This document shows positions 1 to 9,922 of a stretch of 64,000 nucleotides of DNA, piece by piece. Source of the stretch: Thermoplasmata archaeon (GTDB taxonomy: Archaea > Thermoplasmatota > Thermoplasmata > Thermoplasmatales > GCA-001856825); assembly GCA_021792255.1 (NCBI GenBank), contig JAJYUZ010000002.1, forward strand, positions 320,001-384,000. The letters are read 5' to 3'. The notes under the pieces were generated by a model. That model was not told the DNA's origin, searched no databases, and saw only the letters and a program-made list of their open reading frames with translations. The number at the start of each line of letters is the position of its first letter. Within the stretch, counting starts at the first letter, position 1. The position numbers and the translations under genes were made by a program.

Positions 1-3
1 AAG

Positions 4-576
4 ATGGCTAGGAGAGCCATCGAGGAGTACATTGACATTAAATTAATTGTAAAAAACAGTTATGGAGGAAAGTTCGTCGAGAAGAGGGGGGTATTCACTA
101 CACTCTCCAGTGCGTCAGGCGAATTGAGGGGGTGTGTTGGCTTTCCTGAACCCGTATATCCGCTTGGAGAAGCGGTCATCAAGAGCGCGATCTCAGCAGC
201 CGTCAACGACCCGAGATTTGCCCCCGTCACGAAGGAAGAAATGAACGACATCATAGTCGAAGTTTCGCTTCTCAGCAAACCGAATGTCTTGGAGTCAAAA
301 AGCAGGAAAGATCTTCCATCTATGATCAAAGTGGGCCGAGACGGCCTGATCGCGGAGAGGGAAGCTTATTCCGGTCTTCTACTCCCGCAGGTTGCGGTGG
401 ATGAGAAGATGGACCAAAAAGGATTCCTCAATGCAGTATGTTGGAAGGCAGGAATGGAACCCGACTGCTGGAAAGACGGGGACACTTCAATTTCTACTTT
501 TACTGCAGAAATATTTTACGAAGTAGAACCTCGCGGGCCAATATTCAGGAAAGTGCTCTCTGTGGAGAAAAGTTAA
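4..576 (+). CDS. AMMECR1-domain protein (may start upstream of the window)
   Basis: GVFTTL...LRGCVG, AAVNDPRF, EVSLLS, GLLLPQV and CWKAG are typical AMMECR1 motifs. Confidence 0.9.
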   Translation: MARRAIEEYIDIKLIVKNSYGGKFVEKRGVFTTLSSASGELRGCVGFPEPVYPLGEAVIKSAISAAVNDPRFAPVTKEEMNDIIVEVSLLSKPNVLESKSRKDLPSMIKVGRDGLIAEREAYSGLLLPQVAVDEKMDQKGFLNAVCWKAGMEPDCWKDGDTSISTFTAEIFYEVEPRGPIFRKVLSVEKS

Positions 577-1808
577 TGGAGGTATTCCACGGACTTTTTT
601 ACATAAGTGGTGAGTTTAGGGAAAAATATGTTGTGGTGGAAAACGGAATAATCAAAGAAGTAAAGAACGAACTATCTGGAATCGGAGTGACGAGCATTCC
701 AGGTCACATATTTCCGGGAGGAGTGGACATGCACGTTCACTTCCGTGATCCGGGCGAAACTGAGAAGGAAGACTTTGGAACGGGATCGCTCTCAGCTATC
801 TTCGGAGGAACGACCACGGTTTGTGACATGCCAAACAACAAGGTTGCCATCACAGATACAGCCACGTTCAATTCAAAACTAGCGACAATAGGGAGTAGAA
901 GTTTCGTCGATTATGGCCTTTACCAGGCTGCTTCAAAATCAATAGTTCCTGAAGCAATTGGTCAGAAAATATTTCTTGGCAAGTCAACGGGCGGACTCGT
1001 GACAGATCTGGATGACTGTGAATGGCAGAACAAATTAAAGGTAGTCCACGCAGAACTGCAGGAGTGCTTGGACAACAACAAGAGAGAGGACAGTGACCTG
1101 GTATCTCACGACGTCAACAGGCCTCTGGAATGCGAATTAGGTGCCATTGAACACGTTTTCAAGTACAACCTTTCAGGTATTCACATAGCTCACCTCACGT
1201 CGATCAGATCGGTAGAGCTCGCGAAGTCTCTCGGATTCACTACAGAAGTCACCCCACATAACTTGTTGCTCAACAACTCTCTTCCGATTACTTCCTTCGG
1301 GAAGGTAAATCCACCATTAAGAAAGAGATCAGTTCAAGAAGAACTGTTGAAGAATCTCAATTCAAAATCCATCGACGTCATATCGTCGGATCATGCCCCA
1401 CATACAATCCGGGAGAAGGAAGTGTTCAAGGACGCCCCTTCCGGGCTTCCAGGAGTAGAAACCAGAGTTCCCCTGATACTGGCAGCTTACAATAAGGGCC
1501 TCATAAGTATTTCGAAGGCGGTTTCCGTACTAATGGAAAGACCGTCAGAAATCTGCAAGATTAACAAGGGTTACATTGCAGTTGGTTATGACGCAGATTT
1601 CATTTCGATCGGTCTCAAGAAAGTCAAAAAGATAAATGGGGAAGGGTTACACTCGGAGTGTGGCTGGACTCCATTTGAAGGATTTGAAGGTATTTTCCCC
1701 GATCTGGTTTACATCCGAGGAGAGATGGCAGTGCAGGAGGGAGAAATAGAATCGAAACCCATGGGGGTATTTCTGAATGCCAAAGAACAGCGAGCGAAGA
1801 GTAGCTGA
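576..1808 (+). CDS. pyrC: dihydroorotase (amidohydrolase superfamily)
   Basis: DMHVHFRDPG, GGTTTVCDMPN, KVNPPLR, SDHAPH; ATG at 576 overlaps the upstream TAA, so the ORF-track start at 438 is too long. Confidence 0.85.
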   Translation: MEVFHGLFYISGEFREKYVVVENGIIKEVKNELSGIGVTSIPGHIFPGGVDMHVHFRDPGETEKEDFGTGSLSAIFGGTTTVCDMPNNKVAITDTATFNSKLATIGSRSFVDYGLYQAASKSIVPEAIGQKIFLGKSTGGLVTDLDDCEWQNKLKVVHAELQECLDNNKREDSDLVSHDVNRPLECELGAIEHVFKYNLSGIHIAHLTSIRSVELAKSLGFTTEVTPHNLLLNNSLPITSFGKVNPPLRKRSVQEELLKNLNSKSIDVISSDHAPHTIREKEVFKDAPSGLPGVETRVPLILAAYNKGLISISKAVSVLMERPSEICKINKGYIAVGYDADFISIGLKKVKKINGEGLHSECGWTPFEGFEGIFPDLVYIRGEMAVQEGEIESKPMGVFLNAKEQRAKSS

Positions 1809-2088
1809 AGAAAGGATGAAGGAATTGTTTAAGCTTGCAATCGAAGACGAAAAGGACAACAAGATGCAAGAGGCAAACAGAAAATACGAGCTCATCTATC
1901 GCTATTCCACCAAGTACAAATCAAAAGTCCTAGAAGACTCCAAGACGTGGGTGTGCAAGAAATGCAAGAGGGGTATATATTCTGGCACTGGCAGGGTGAG
2001 AATAAACAAGTCAGTTATCACTATCAGCTGTAACAATTGCGGTTATGTCAGAAGGATTCCTATCTCTCGTCAATCGTCTCGGCAGTGA
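1777..2088 (+). CDS. rnp4: ribonuclease P protein component 4 (Rpp21)
   Basis: VAEERMKELF helix, CKKC...CNNCG zinc ribbon and RRIP end, the typical Rpp21 layout. Confidence 0.85.
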   Translation: MPKNSERRVAEERMKELFKLAIEDEKDNKMQEANRKYELIYRYSTKYKSKVLEDSKTWVCKKCKRGIYSGTGRVRINKSVITISCNNCGYVRRIPISRQSSRQ

Positions 2089-2296
2089 ACAGTACGTTGT
2101 ATCCGCCCAGGGTTGCATGAACTTTGTCTATCAAAGAAATAGCGTCCGAAACGGTTGCGTGATCTCCCCATTCGTACACAAGGTCTCTAGTTCCTGTAAT
2201 CGGATTGAAGCCAAGAGATTGCAGTCTTGTGATTATTTCAGAGGGTCTCTCTCCCTCTGTGTTGAAGATAATCGATAGGTAGGTTCTCTTGACCAT
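2060..2296 (-). CDS. small hypothetical alpha/beta protein
   Basis: Compact ORF MVKRTYLSIIFNTEGERPSEI... with protein-like composition; converges on and overlaps the rnp4 3' end. Confidence 0.6.
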   Translation of the reverse strand: MVKRTYLSIIFNTEGERPSEIITRLQSLGFNPITGTRDLVYEWGDHATVSDAISLIDKVHATLGGYNVLFTAETIDER

Positions 2297-2364
2297 TACC
2301 CTCAAATTACCATGTGATATTTATTCTTTTATTCTTGTTCTTCAAGAGTAGTGAACTAAGAAAC

Positions 2365-3102
2365 CTAGGGGGTGGCAGCAACTATCATTCGTTGCTTAGT
2401 CATGGTATTCGTGCTACGGTCAAAAGCCATTGATTTCAGCTCGTCATCAGAAAGACTGTTAATGAATCTCTTGCTCTCAATTCCATTTAGGGAATTAGTC
2501 TCAACCGGACTGAGCCACTTTTCGAAGGTAATCTGTTCATTGTCTATTACTGATTTTATTATCCTGAATCCAGCCGACTTGAGAGAAAAAATAAGTTCGC
2601 CCTCATTGAGTGCGGCAAAATGAGTGGGGTCTCTCTTCCTTTCAAGCTTATTAAGCAAATCGTTTGTATCAGTATCAGGCACAATCATATCGCTTATTGC
2701 TAGGATCCCATTCTCTCTCAATAATTCCTTCGACTTCTTAAAAAAGAAGTCTTTCTTGTCAAAGTGATGAAGCGCCCTTCGGCAAGTAATTGTATCAAAT
2801 TTCGAGAAAGTATCATAGGAATAATAATCAGATTTCACAAACTCTACGTTTGTAATTTTGTTTGATGAAATCAGTTTCATTGCCTCTGAAAGCATTGCAT
2901 CCGTGAGATCCAGAGCGACGACGTTCTCACTCCTCTTTGAGAGTTCAAACGCAACAAATCCTGTACCAGTAGCGACATCCAGGGCTCGCGACATTTTCTC
3001 CGGCAGAAGACTCATTAGAATCTTGAGATCATTGCCAGACTTGAAAGAGTCACTCTTCGAGTACTGCTTTGCATGATCATTAAAGAATGGGTTATCGCTC
3101 AT
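2365..3102 (-). CDS. class I SAM-dependent methyltransferase
   Basis: LDVATGTG motif I, FDTITCRRALHHF; probable ATG at 3102. Confidence 0.85.
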   Translation of the reverse strand: MSDNPFFNDHAKQYSKSDSFKSGNDLKILMSLLPEKMSRALDVATGTGFVAFELSKRSENVVALDLTDAMLSEAMKLISSNKITNVEFVKSDYYSYDTFSKFDTITCRRALHHFDKKDFFFKKSKELLRENGILAISDMIVPDTDTNDLLNKLERKRDPTHFAALNEGELIFSLKSAGFRIIKSVIDNEQITFEKWLSPVETNSLNGIESKRFINSLSDDELKSMAFDRSTNTMTKQRMIVAATP

Positions 3103-3180
3103 AACAATCCCTATAGAATTACCTATTATAACGTTCCCCCGATTAACAATCTTATTCTCCGTTGGTCCCAAATTTCTTTC

Positions 3181-4119
3181 TCAACCAGAAACTGCGATGT
3201 AGCGAGTCAGGGAAGAATGGACTCTAATCTTTCCAACCAGTTTCAATTCGACAAATTCTTTTGCAACATTCAAAAGCTCTTCCGACGGAATGCAAAACAC
3301 TTTCTTTCCTTCAACGTTAGTTATCAGCGAGAAGAATCTTGAGTATAGTGAATCTCGGGACTGAGAGAATATCTTCGCACCCCTCCCGTAGGGGGGATCA
3401 GTGACTATCGCCGAAATGTCTCTAACCGAAGCCAGCTCTGAAAAATCTCCCTGTCTGATATTCTCTGGAAAATCGAAGTGCTTCAGATTCTTGTTTCCTC
3501 CTTCGACCATTTTCCAGCTACGATCTATCCCAAATCCTTGTATTCCCATCCTGAATCCTTCGATTAAGTACGTTCCAGTTCCTGCAAAGGGATCAATGAA
3601 CTTCTCTCCCTCTTTCAGTCCTGCGACGTTCAGCATCCCTCTCGCCAGAATTGGTGAAATGCTTGAGGGATGATTCATTGGTTTAGTCCCGTATCTTTGA
3701 TCAAGCAGATTTGACATCCTTCTTTCGTAGATCATTTCCACAAACAGCGGTTCCCCTAAATTGTAGATGTAAAAGATGACGTCAGGATGGTCTAAATCGA
3801 CTCTTCCCTTGATTCTCTTTGCCAATTCATCAATTAGCGAGTCTTTTCCCTTTTCCTTCTTCTCCTTTATTGCATATTTCTTATTTGGCTCTAAGTCGAT
3901 CGGCTCTTCATCGCCAATGACTCTGCCTATCCGTTTAGAGAAAGCCACTCTAGAGCTGATGAGATGAGGGTGTTTAGTCGAAAAGAACAAGAATTTTTCA
4001 CTTTCTCCAAGTACCTCGCCCCCATAACTGCTGAGCAGTCCTGAAATTTCGGCCCTAGAGATGTCGCGAAAACCACCCAGAAATTCGGAGATTAGTTTCA
4101 ACAATTCTGAATTCCGCAA
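3181..4119 (-). CDS. tRNA (guanine(10)-N2)-methyltransferase, Trm11/TrmG10 family
   Basis: THUMP-like N-terminal part (VDLDHPD), DPFAGTGT and TDPPYG motifs, RVHSSLTR end. Confidence 0.85.
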   Translation of the reverse strand: MRNSELLKLISEFLGGFRDISRAEISGLLSSYGGEVLGESEKFLFFSTKHPHLISSRVAFSKRIGRVIGDEEPIDLEPNKKYAIKEKKEKGKDSLIDELAKRIKGRVDLDHPDVIFYIYNLGEPLFVEMIYERRMSNLLDQRYGTKPMNHPSSISPILARGMLNVAGLKEGEKFIDPFAGTGTYLIEGFRMGIQGFGIDRSWKMVEGGNKNLKHFDFPENIRQGDFSELASVRDISAIVTDPPYGRGAKIFSQSRDSLYSRFFSLITNVEGKKVFCIPSEELLNVAKEFVELKLVGKIRVHSSLTRYIAVSG

Positions 4120-4171
4120 AGGTAAATGAATACAGCGATATTCTTAATCAAGTATAACATTTCCATCCGAT

Positions 4172-5176
4172 ATGCCGAAGTACAAGGAAAGCGGCGTCGA
4201 TTTCGGTTCTATCGGAAATTTCAGGAGCTCCATAATAGGGGAACTTACCTTCGAAGGAACGAAATACAAAAGGGCCGCCAGCATTGGGCACTATTCTGGA
4301 CTGATCTCCTTTCTAGGCAACTACCTGGCGATTCATACTGATAATGTTGGGACCAAGACAATGATGGCTCAAAAATATCGTTACTTCGACCAGATAGGAT
4401 ACGATCTTGTAGGAATGAATGTCAACGATGTAATCTGTATGGGCGCTGAACCAATGGCCATGGTAGACTACATAGCTGGGTCCATGCTGGATGCTGAGAT
4501 GGGATCTAAAATAGGAAAGAGCATCAACAAAGCCTGTAGAGAAGCGGGAATTTCCATGGTGGGTGGAGAAACGGCTTCGGTTCCCGATCTCGTGAGAGGA
4601 ATAGATATCTCAGGTACCGTGATCGGTTATCTCGAAAAGGGCAAGGAAATAACTGGTAAAAAAATAAAGGAGAAAGACAGAATAATAGGGCTAGCCTCTA
4701 ACGGCATCCATTCGAACGGCTTCTCCCTAATAAGAAAGATATACGAGAACAGAGAGAGTTTACTTGACGAGGAATTTAATGGAGAACCGTTCTGGAAAGC
4801 CCTGCTGGACGGAACGAAAATCTATTCAAAAAAGATCTTTGAATTAACCCAAGAATTTGATATTCATGGAATATCTCACATCACTGGAGGGGGAGTAAGA
4901 AATGTGCTGAGACTCAGGGAAGCGAGATTCAAACTGACTTTTCCAGAAATGTCCCTGCTATTTCAGAAGATAATAAAAGACGGAGAAATCTCGATGCATG
5001 AGGCATTTGAAGTATTCAACATGGGAATCGGAATGATGATTGTATCCTCTAAAAAGGAAGAGGATGCAATAGTCCAGGAACTGAATGGATTCAGTCCAGT
5101 CAGTATCGGAGAAGTATTCGCTGGCAAGGGTGTTTCTGTAGACAACTTTGGCGTAAGATACGGCAGCTACTATTAG
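4172..5176 (+). CDS. purM: phosphoribosylformylglycinamidine cyclo-ligase (AIR synthase)
   Basis: YKESGVD, TDNVGTK, MNVND, GGETA, SNGIHSNGFS, HITGGG, FNMGIG. Confidence 0.95.
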   Translation: MPKYKESGVDFGSIGNFRSSIIGELTFEGTKYKRAASIGHYSGLISFLGNYLAIHTDNVGTKTMMAQKYRYFDQIGYDLVGMNVNDVICMGAEPMAMVDYIAGSMLDAEMGSKIGKSINKACREAGISMVGGETASVPDLVRGIDISGTVIGYLEKGKEITGKKIKEKDRIIGLASNGIHSNGFSLIRKIYENRESLLDEEFNGEPFWKALLDGTKIYSKKIFELTQEFDIHGISHITGGGVRNVLRLREARFKLTFPEMSLLFQKIIKDGEISMHEAFEVFNMGIGMMIVSSKKEEDAIVQELNGFSPVSIGEVFAGKGVSVDNFGVRYGSYY

Positions 5177-5294
5177 CGTGAAAGTGACTTAGTGGCCATA
5201 AAAATTCTGCGCTGTCATCATAATAATTCATAGTAGCGTTGCTAAGGTTTATATTTTTGAATTAACTGCTCTTAATATATTGAGTGATGGTTAA

Positions 5295-5813
5295 ATGATA
5301 GGAAATAAAGCACCAGACTTTGATGCAAAGGCATTCGTAGATGGAAGGTTTGAAGACTTTAGGCTGTCCAGGCTTAGAGGGAAGTGGGTCGTGTTATTTT
5401 TCTACCCAGCGGATTTTACCTTCGTCTGTCCAACTGAGATACAGGGATTTGCAGAAAAATACGAAGAGTTTAAGAAAGCTGGAGCCGAAATAGTCTCAGT
5501 CAGCAGGGACACAATTTATGTCCATAAAGCTTGGGTAGAGCACGATGATAGGGTCGCGGAGGCCAAGTATCCTATGGTGGAGGACAGGAAGGGAGAGATT
5601 TCAAGGGACTATGGAGTTCTCGATGAGGTATCTGGAAACTCCCAGAGGGGACTTTTCATAATAAATCCTGAAGGAATCGTAAAGTACATGGTAGTCACCG
5701 ATGACAATGTAGGACGAAGCACGGATGAAACCTTCAGAGTTCTTTCAGCGCTCCAGACCGGAGGACTTTGCCCTGTTAACTGGGAACCAGGGAAGGCAAC
5801 TCTCAAAGTTTAA
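5295..5813 (+). CDS. ahpC: 2-Cys peroxiredoxin (AhpC/Prx1)
   Basis: FYPADFTFVCPTE and C-terminal LCPVNW. Confidence 0.95.
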   Translation: MIGNKAPDFDAKAFVDGRFEDFRLSRLRGKWVVLFFYPADFTFVCPTEIQGFAEKYEEFKKAGAEIVSVSRDTIYVHKAWVEHDDRVAEAKYPMVEDRKGEISRDYGVLDEVSGNSQRGLFIINPEGIVKYMVVTDDNVGRSTDETFRVLSALQTGGLCPVNWEPGKATLKV

Positions 5814-5815
5814 TT

Positions 5816-6082
5816 TTATTTTATTATTCTAAAATTATCCAGATCGTCTTCTTCAACGTATCTCTTCTTAACGTCTGTCACGAGAGAATTCGGAATTTCA
5901 GAGATGCAGTATTGAATCAATCTCTCTACCATATCCGGATCACCCTGAATCATAGCCTCGACCGATCCGTCTCTTAGGTTCTTTACCCAGCCTTTGAGAT
6001 TGAGCCCCTTGGCCATTCTTCTCGTTCGCTCTCTGAAACCTACTCCCTGGACGATCCCATAAAATTTTACGTTGCACTGCAT
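5816..6082 (-). CDS. acyP: acylphosphatase
   Basis: GIVQGVGFR and GWVKNLRDGSVE signatures. Confidence 0.95.
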   Translation of the reverse strand: MQCNVKFYGIVQGVGFRERTRRMAKGLNLKGWVKNLRDGSVEAMIQGDPDMVERLIQYCISEIPNSLVTDVKKRYVEEDDLDNFRIIK

Positions 6083-6231
6083 TAAAGTACAATAATTAAG
6101 GTATTCAAATATTTAGTCTCTTTCTGCCTTTTTCATACGGTATGTTCCACAAATCCGTGGTCAGATCCCGTTTATCGAGATACGGGGAAACAGAGGCAAC
6201 GTAGTTATAACGCCTGTACTTTTGCTAAACG

Positions 6232-7182
6232 ATGTTCAGGAATGAATTTCAGTTCACTATCTTGCCAGTCCCCCCTTTTAACTTTGCGCTTACAGTCCGA
6301 AAACCTGCTGGTTGGAGCCTCTTCAACTCGGGTGAGATGTTGGAAGACGATACATTTTGGACCGCAACGAGACTCGAGAAAGTGCTTGCTGGAATTAAGA
6401 TGAAATTCATTGGAACGGTAGAGCGTCCAAAGATCTTGGTTACGGTATTCACGGAATCAGAGGTCCCAATGTCAAAACGTAGTGCAATGTCCAATCATCT
6501 CAAGAAAATGATTGGTGCAGACCAGGATCTAAGTCAATTTTATTTAATGGCAGAGAGGGATGAAATATTGAAACACACCGTGAAGGATCTTTACGGTATG
6601 CACGATACTCAGACCTCTTATCTCTACAATTCCGTCGTCCTGAGCATTTGTTTGCAAATGGCTAGACTGGATAGAAGTCTCAGGATGATGGAGAACATCA
6701 ACCGAATTTATGGAGATCCTGTGGAGTTTGATGGCAAAAAAATCACAGTCGAGCCTGCTGCAGAAAGGATAGCCAAACTTGAGGAAAAGTCGTTTGCAAA
6801 AGAGTGCAATCTTGGATACAGAGCCAAATATTTGATAAAGTCCGCTCAGGTTATCGTTAATGGATTCCCAGACACAGAGGAAATCCTTTCTATGTCTCCA
6901 ATTGAAGCAAAGAAGAAGCTAATGGAACTGCCCGGAGTGGGTGATTACGCCGCGGATATTATCAATCCGCACGGTGGATTTCCAATCGACGCCTGGTCTG
7001 TGGATGTATTCGGGCTTCTGTTTTTCGGAAAGGAGCCTGATAATGCAAGAGATATGATTGAGAAAATAAAAAAACGAGGGCTGAGGAGATGGGGGAAATG
7101 GGCATGGATGGCATTTTTCTATATTGCACAGGATCTTGAAAATCTATCAAGGAGATTAAGTGTGAAGCTTAGGCAGAGCTGA
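6232..7182 (+). CDS. HhH-GPD DNA glycosylase (AlkA/Ogg-like)
   Basis: LGYRAKYL, helix-hairpin-helix LMELPGVGDYAA, catalytic-Asp motif FPID. Confidence 0.85.
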   Translation: MFRNEFQFTILPVPPFNFALTVRKPAGWSLFNSGEMLEDDTFWTATRLEKVLAGIKMKFIGTVERPKILVTVFTESEVPMSKRSAMSNHLKKMIGADQDLSQFYLMAERDEILKHTVKDLYGMHDTQTSYLYNSVVLSICLQMARLDRSLRMMENINRIYGDPVEFDGKKITVEPAAERIAKLEEKSFAKECNLGYRAKYLIKSAQVIVNGFPDTEEILSMSPIEAKKKLMELPGVGDYAADIINPHGGFPIDAWSVDVFGLLFFGKEPDNARDMIEKIKKRGLRRWGKWAWMAFFYIAQDLENLSRRLSVKLRQS

Positions 7183-7251
7183 TTACTGTCGTTTAAAAAG
7201 CTATTTTTCCTTTCAAATAAACTTTAAATAAATCAATTTTATTTGACTTGG

Positions 7252-8205
7252 ATGAACTCAAAACTGATAGCATCTATTGTCGTTGCCGTTGTGATCATTG
7301 CATCAGTTTCAGTGATTTATGCTGAGACTAATAAGACAAAGGCACAACCATCTTCGATCACAGTTACAGACGATTTAGGCAGGAACGTTACAATTTCGCT
7401 CCCGGTGAAGCGGGTAGTTTCTATGGACCCTTCAAACACGCAAATGATGTATGCAATTGGAGCTGGAAATCTTCTGGTTGCCGATACTAGTTTCGATTGG
7501 TGGCCTTCTAATTCAACCAGTCTTCCTCACGTAGCTATGGATAGCGGCGTTGCCTCAGTCGAGCAGGTGGTCAATATGACTCCTGACCTCGTACTTGCAA
7601 CAACCATCCAGCCTGCCCAAATAGTGGATCAGCTGGAGAACCTTTCAATTCCAGTTTTGATTTTTGAACCTCAGAACATTTCAAATATCTACTCCGATAT
7701 GTTGACGTTAGGAAACGTGACAGGGCATCAGTCAGGAGCTAAGGCAGAAGTAAACCACATGAAAACCGTAATTCGCGGTGTGGAGAATAAAATTGCGAAT
7801 TATTCCAAGGAGTCACTCCTCTACATGATGTGGCCAAGCCCGATTTACACAGCAGGTCCAAATAGTTGGATAGATAGTTATTTAGAGGCTGCTGGAGCAG
7901 TAAACATCGCTCAGAATTTAAGTGAACCATGGCCTGTGATTGGAGAGGAACAAGTGGTAAACGACAACCCGCAGACAATAATTGTAGACAACAATACTGG
8001 CGTTGCAAACATCACCTATTTCACCAGCGGAAATAACTCGCAGATGTGGAGCAACATATCCGCGGTCAAAAATTACACACTTCAACACCCCACGATTTTA
8101 ATATTAAACGTGACGGAATCCAACTGGATGAACGAACCCGGACCGCTTGCAATCTATGCAGTTCAAATGATCGCTCAGTTTCTCTACCCGCAGGCTTTCG
8201 AATGA
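7252..8205 (+). CDS. ABC transporter substrate-binding protein, cobalamin/iron-chelate (BtuF-like)
   Basis: N-terminal membrane anchor, TDDLGRNVT...KRVVSMDPSNTQ, PDLV, EPGP. Confidence 0.85.
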   Translation: MNSKLIASIVVAVVIIASVSVIYAETNKTKAQPSSITVTDDLGRNVTISLPVKRVVSMDPSNTQMMYAIGAGNLLVADTSFDWWPSNSTSLPHVAMDSGVASVEQVVNMTPDLVLATTIQPAQIVDQLENLSIPVLIFEPQNISNIYSDMLTLGNVTGHQSGAKAEVNHMKTVIRGVENKIANYSKESLLYMMWPSPIYTAGPNSWIDSYLEAAGAVNIAQNLSEPWPVIGEEQVVNDNPQTIIVDNNTGVANITYFTSGNNSQMWSNISAVKNYTLQHPTILILNVTESNWMNEPGPLAIYAVQMIAQFLYPQAFE

Positions 8206-9188
8206 AATTGTCTAATTATATTTTTACTATTTTTCTAGTTCTTCTTACAATAATCAATGTACTCGTTTCACTAACGATCGGTCCGGTACACATACCATTC
8301 CTAGAAATTTTGAAGAATATTTATTTATACTCATTTGGCAAAGATCCTAACTGGACGATTTCTACAATAATCTTCTACATACGCCTTCCCAGGATCGTAT
8401 TGGCAGTCATTATAGGAATGATTCTAGGGGTCTCTGGTTTGATCACCCAAACAATTTTCAAGAACCCGTTAGGTGATCCGTACCTGACTGGAGTTTCGAG
8501 TGGAGCAGCTTTGGGGGCTGCGATAGGATTTCTCGTTTCACCTTTTATGGTACCTTTACTCGCATTCATCTTTGCAATGCTTGCCGTTGGAATTTCCTTT
8601 CTTATATCTAGGTCAGATGGAGAGGTCAGCACCGAAATGCTCATCCTTGCAGGTGTTTCGGTAAGCTTCCTTTTCTCTGCGGTTGCATCTTACATCATTT
8701 ATCTGCGAGTGTACAATCTCAGGGGAGTTCTATTCTGGCTGCTGGGTGGTTTGTACGGCGCCACGTGGACTGATGATTTCTGGTTGTCCATCGCACTGAT
8801 CGTTGTATTTCCTCTGATGGTATACTTTAGACGAGAACTTGACATAATGCTCATGGGTGATGAGCAAGCTAAGAGTCTAGGTGTGAATACAGGAAGGGTT
8901 AAGTCCGCCACACTTCTCGTTTCCAGCCTCGTGACCAGTCTGGCCGTATCAGTCGTTGGAATAATTGGATTCATCGGATTGGTTTCTCCTCACATTGGCA
9001 GAAAGTTCGTCGGCGAATCTCACAGGTTTCTTGTGTTTGTATCCCCATTAATAGGAGCAAATATCCTTTTGGTCAGCGATACCATAGCGCGAAGTACGCC
9101 TCAGGGAGAAATTCCCGTGGGAATTATAACCTCCTTCATTGGTGCACCTGTTCTTATATATCTTCTTTACAGGAGGAGAAAGATGTGA
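8202..9188 (+). CDS. ABC transporter permease, FecCD/BtuC family
   Basis: IRLPR, KNPLGDPYLTGVSSGA, GDEQAKSLGV, GIIGFIGLVSPH; ATGA overlap with the upstream gene. Confidence 0.9.
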   Translation: MKLSNYIFTIFLVLLTIINVLVSLTIGPVHIPFLEILKNIYLYSFGKDPNWTISTIIFYIRLPRIVLAVIIGMILGVSGLITQTIFKNPLGDPYLTGVSSGAALGAAIGFLVSPFMVPLLAFIFAMLAVGISFLISRSDGEVSTEMLILAGVSVSFLFSAVASYIIYLRVYNLRGVLFWLLGGLYGATWTDDFWLSIALIVVFPLMVYFRRELDIMLMGDEQAKSLGVNTGRVKSATLLVSSLVTSLAVSVVGIIGFIGLVSPHIGRKFVGESHRFLVFVSPLIGANILLVSDTIARSTPQGEIPVGIITSFIGAPVLIYLLYRRRKM

Positions 9189-9922
9189 TCGAAATCCAAG
9201 GACTTACAGTGAGGTACGGAAAGAAGGTGGCTCTTGACAATCTGAACTTGAAAGTGGGAGACGGAGAGAGTCTGATCCTCATGGGCCCAAATGGCTCTGG
9301 GAAAACGACTCTGTTGAGGGCCCTTCTTGGATTAGTCAATCACGAGGGAAAGATAAGCCTGAACGGAAAGCAAACTAGTTCTCTCACGAGAATGGAACTC
9401 GCGAGGGAGATAGCGTATGTTCCACAAATATTCTCAACACCGTACACCTTCACAGTTAAGGAGTTCGTCTCAATGGGTCTTTACAGTCTCACTAGAGAAT
9501 GGTGGGTCGAGGATGAGAGGATTCACAGTATCCTGGACAGAGTTGGGATTTATGAACTGAGAGAGAAGACCATAAACACTCTTTCCGGTGGCGAACTCCA
9601 GAAGGCTATAATTGCCAGGGCTTTGATCCAAGACTCCAACTATATTCTGATGGATGAGCCCACAGCTCATCTCGATATCAAATCAACACAGGAAGTCCTG
9701 GAACTGGTATCAAATTTCAAAGAAAAAGGAACAATAATAGTTTCACACGATCTGAATGCACTGAACAAACTTGGTGGAAGCATCCTTCTCATAAGGAACG
9801 GAAAGATGGTATTTAAGGGTGTGAGAGAAGACCCCGATTTTAAAGACAGAATCGAAGACACCTTCGATACCAAGATCAGCGAGACAGGAGGACTCCTCTA
9901 TTTCCCCCTAGTCCAAAGATAG
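9185..9922 (+). CDS. ABC transporter ATPase (BtuD/FepC-like)
   Basis: Walker A GPNGSGKT, LSGGE signature, Walker B LMDEPT. Confidence 0.9.
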   Translation: MIEIQGLTVRYGKKVALDNLNLKVGDGESLILMGPNGSGKTTLLRALLGLVNHEGKISLNGKQTSSLTRMELAREIAYVPQIFSTPYTFTVKEFVSMGLYSLTREWWVEDERIHSILDRVGIYELREKTINTLSGGELQKAIIARALIQDSNYILMDEPTAHLDIKSTQEVLELVSNFKEKGTIIVSHDLNALNKLGGSILLIRNGKMVFKGVREDPDFKDRIEDTFDTKISETGGLLYFPLVQR

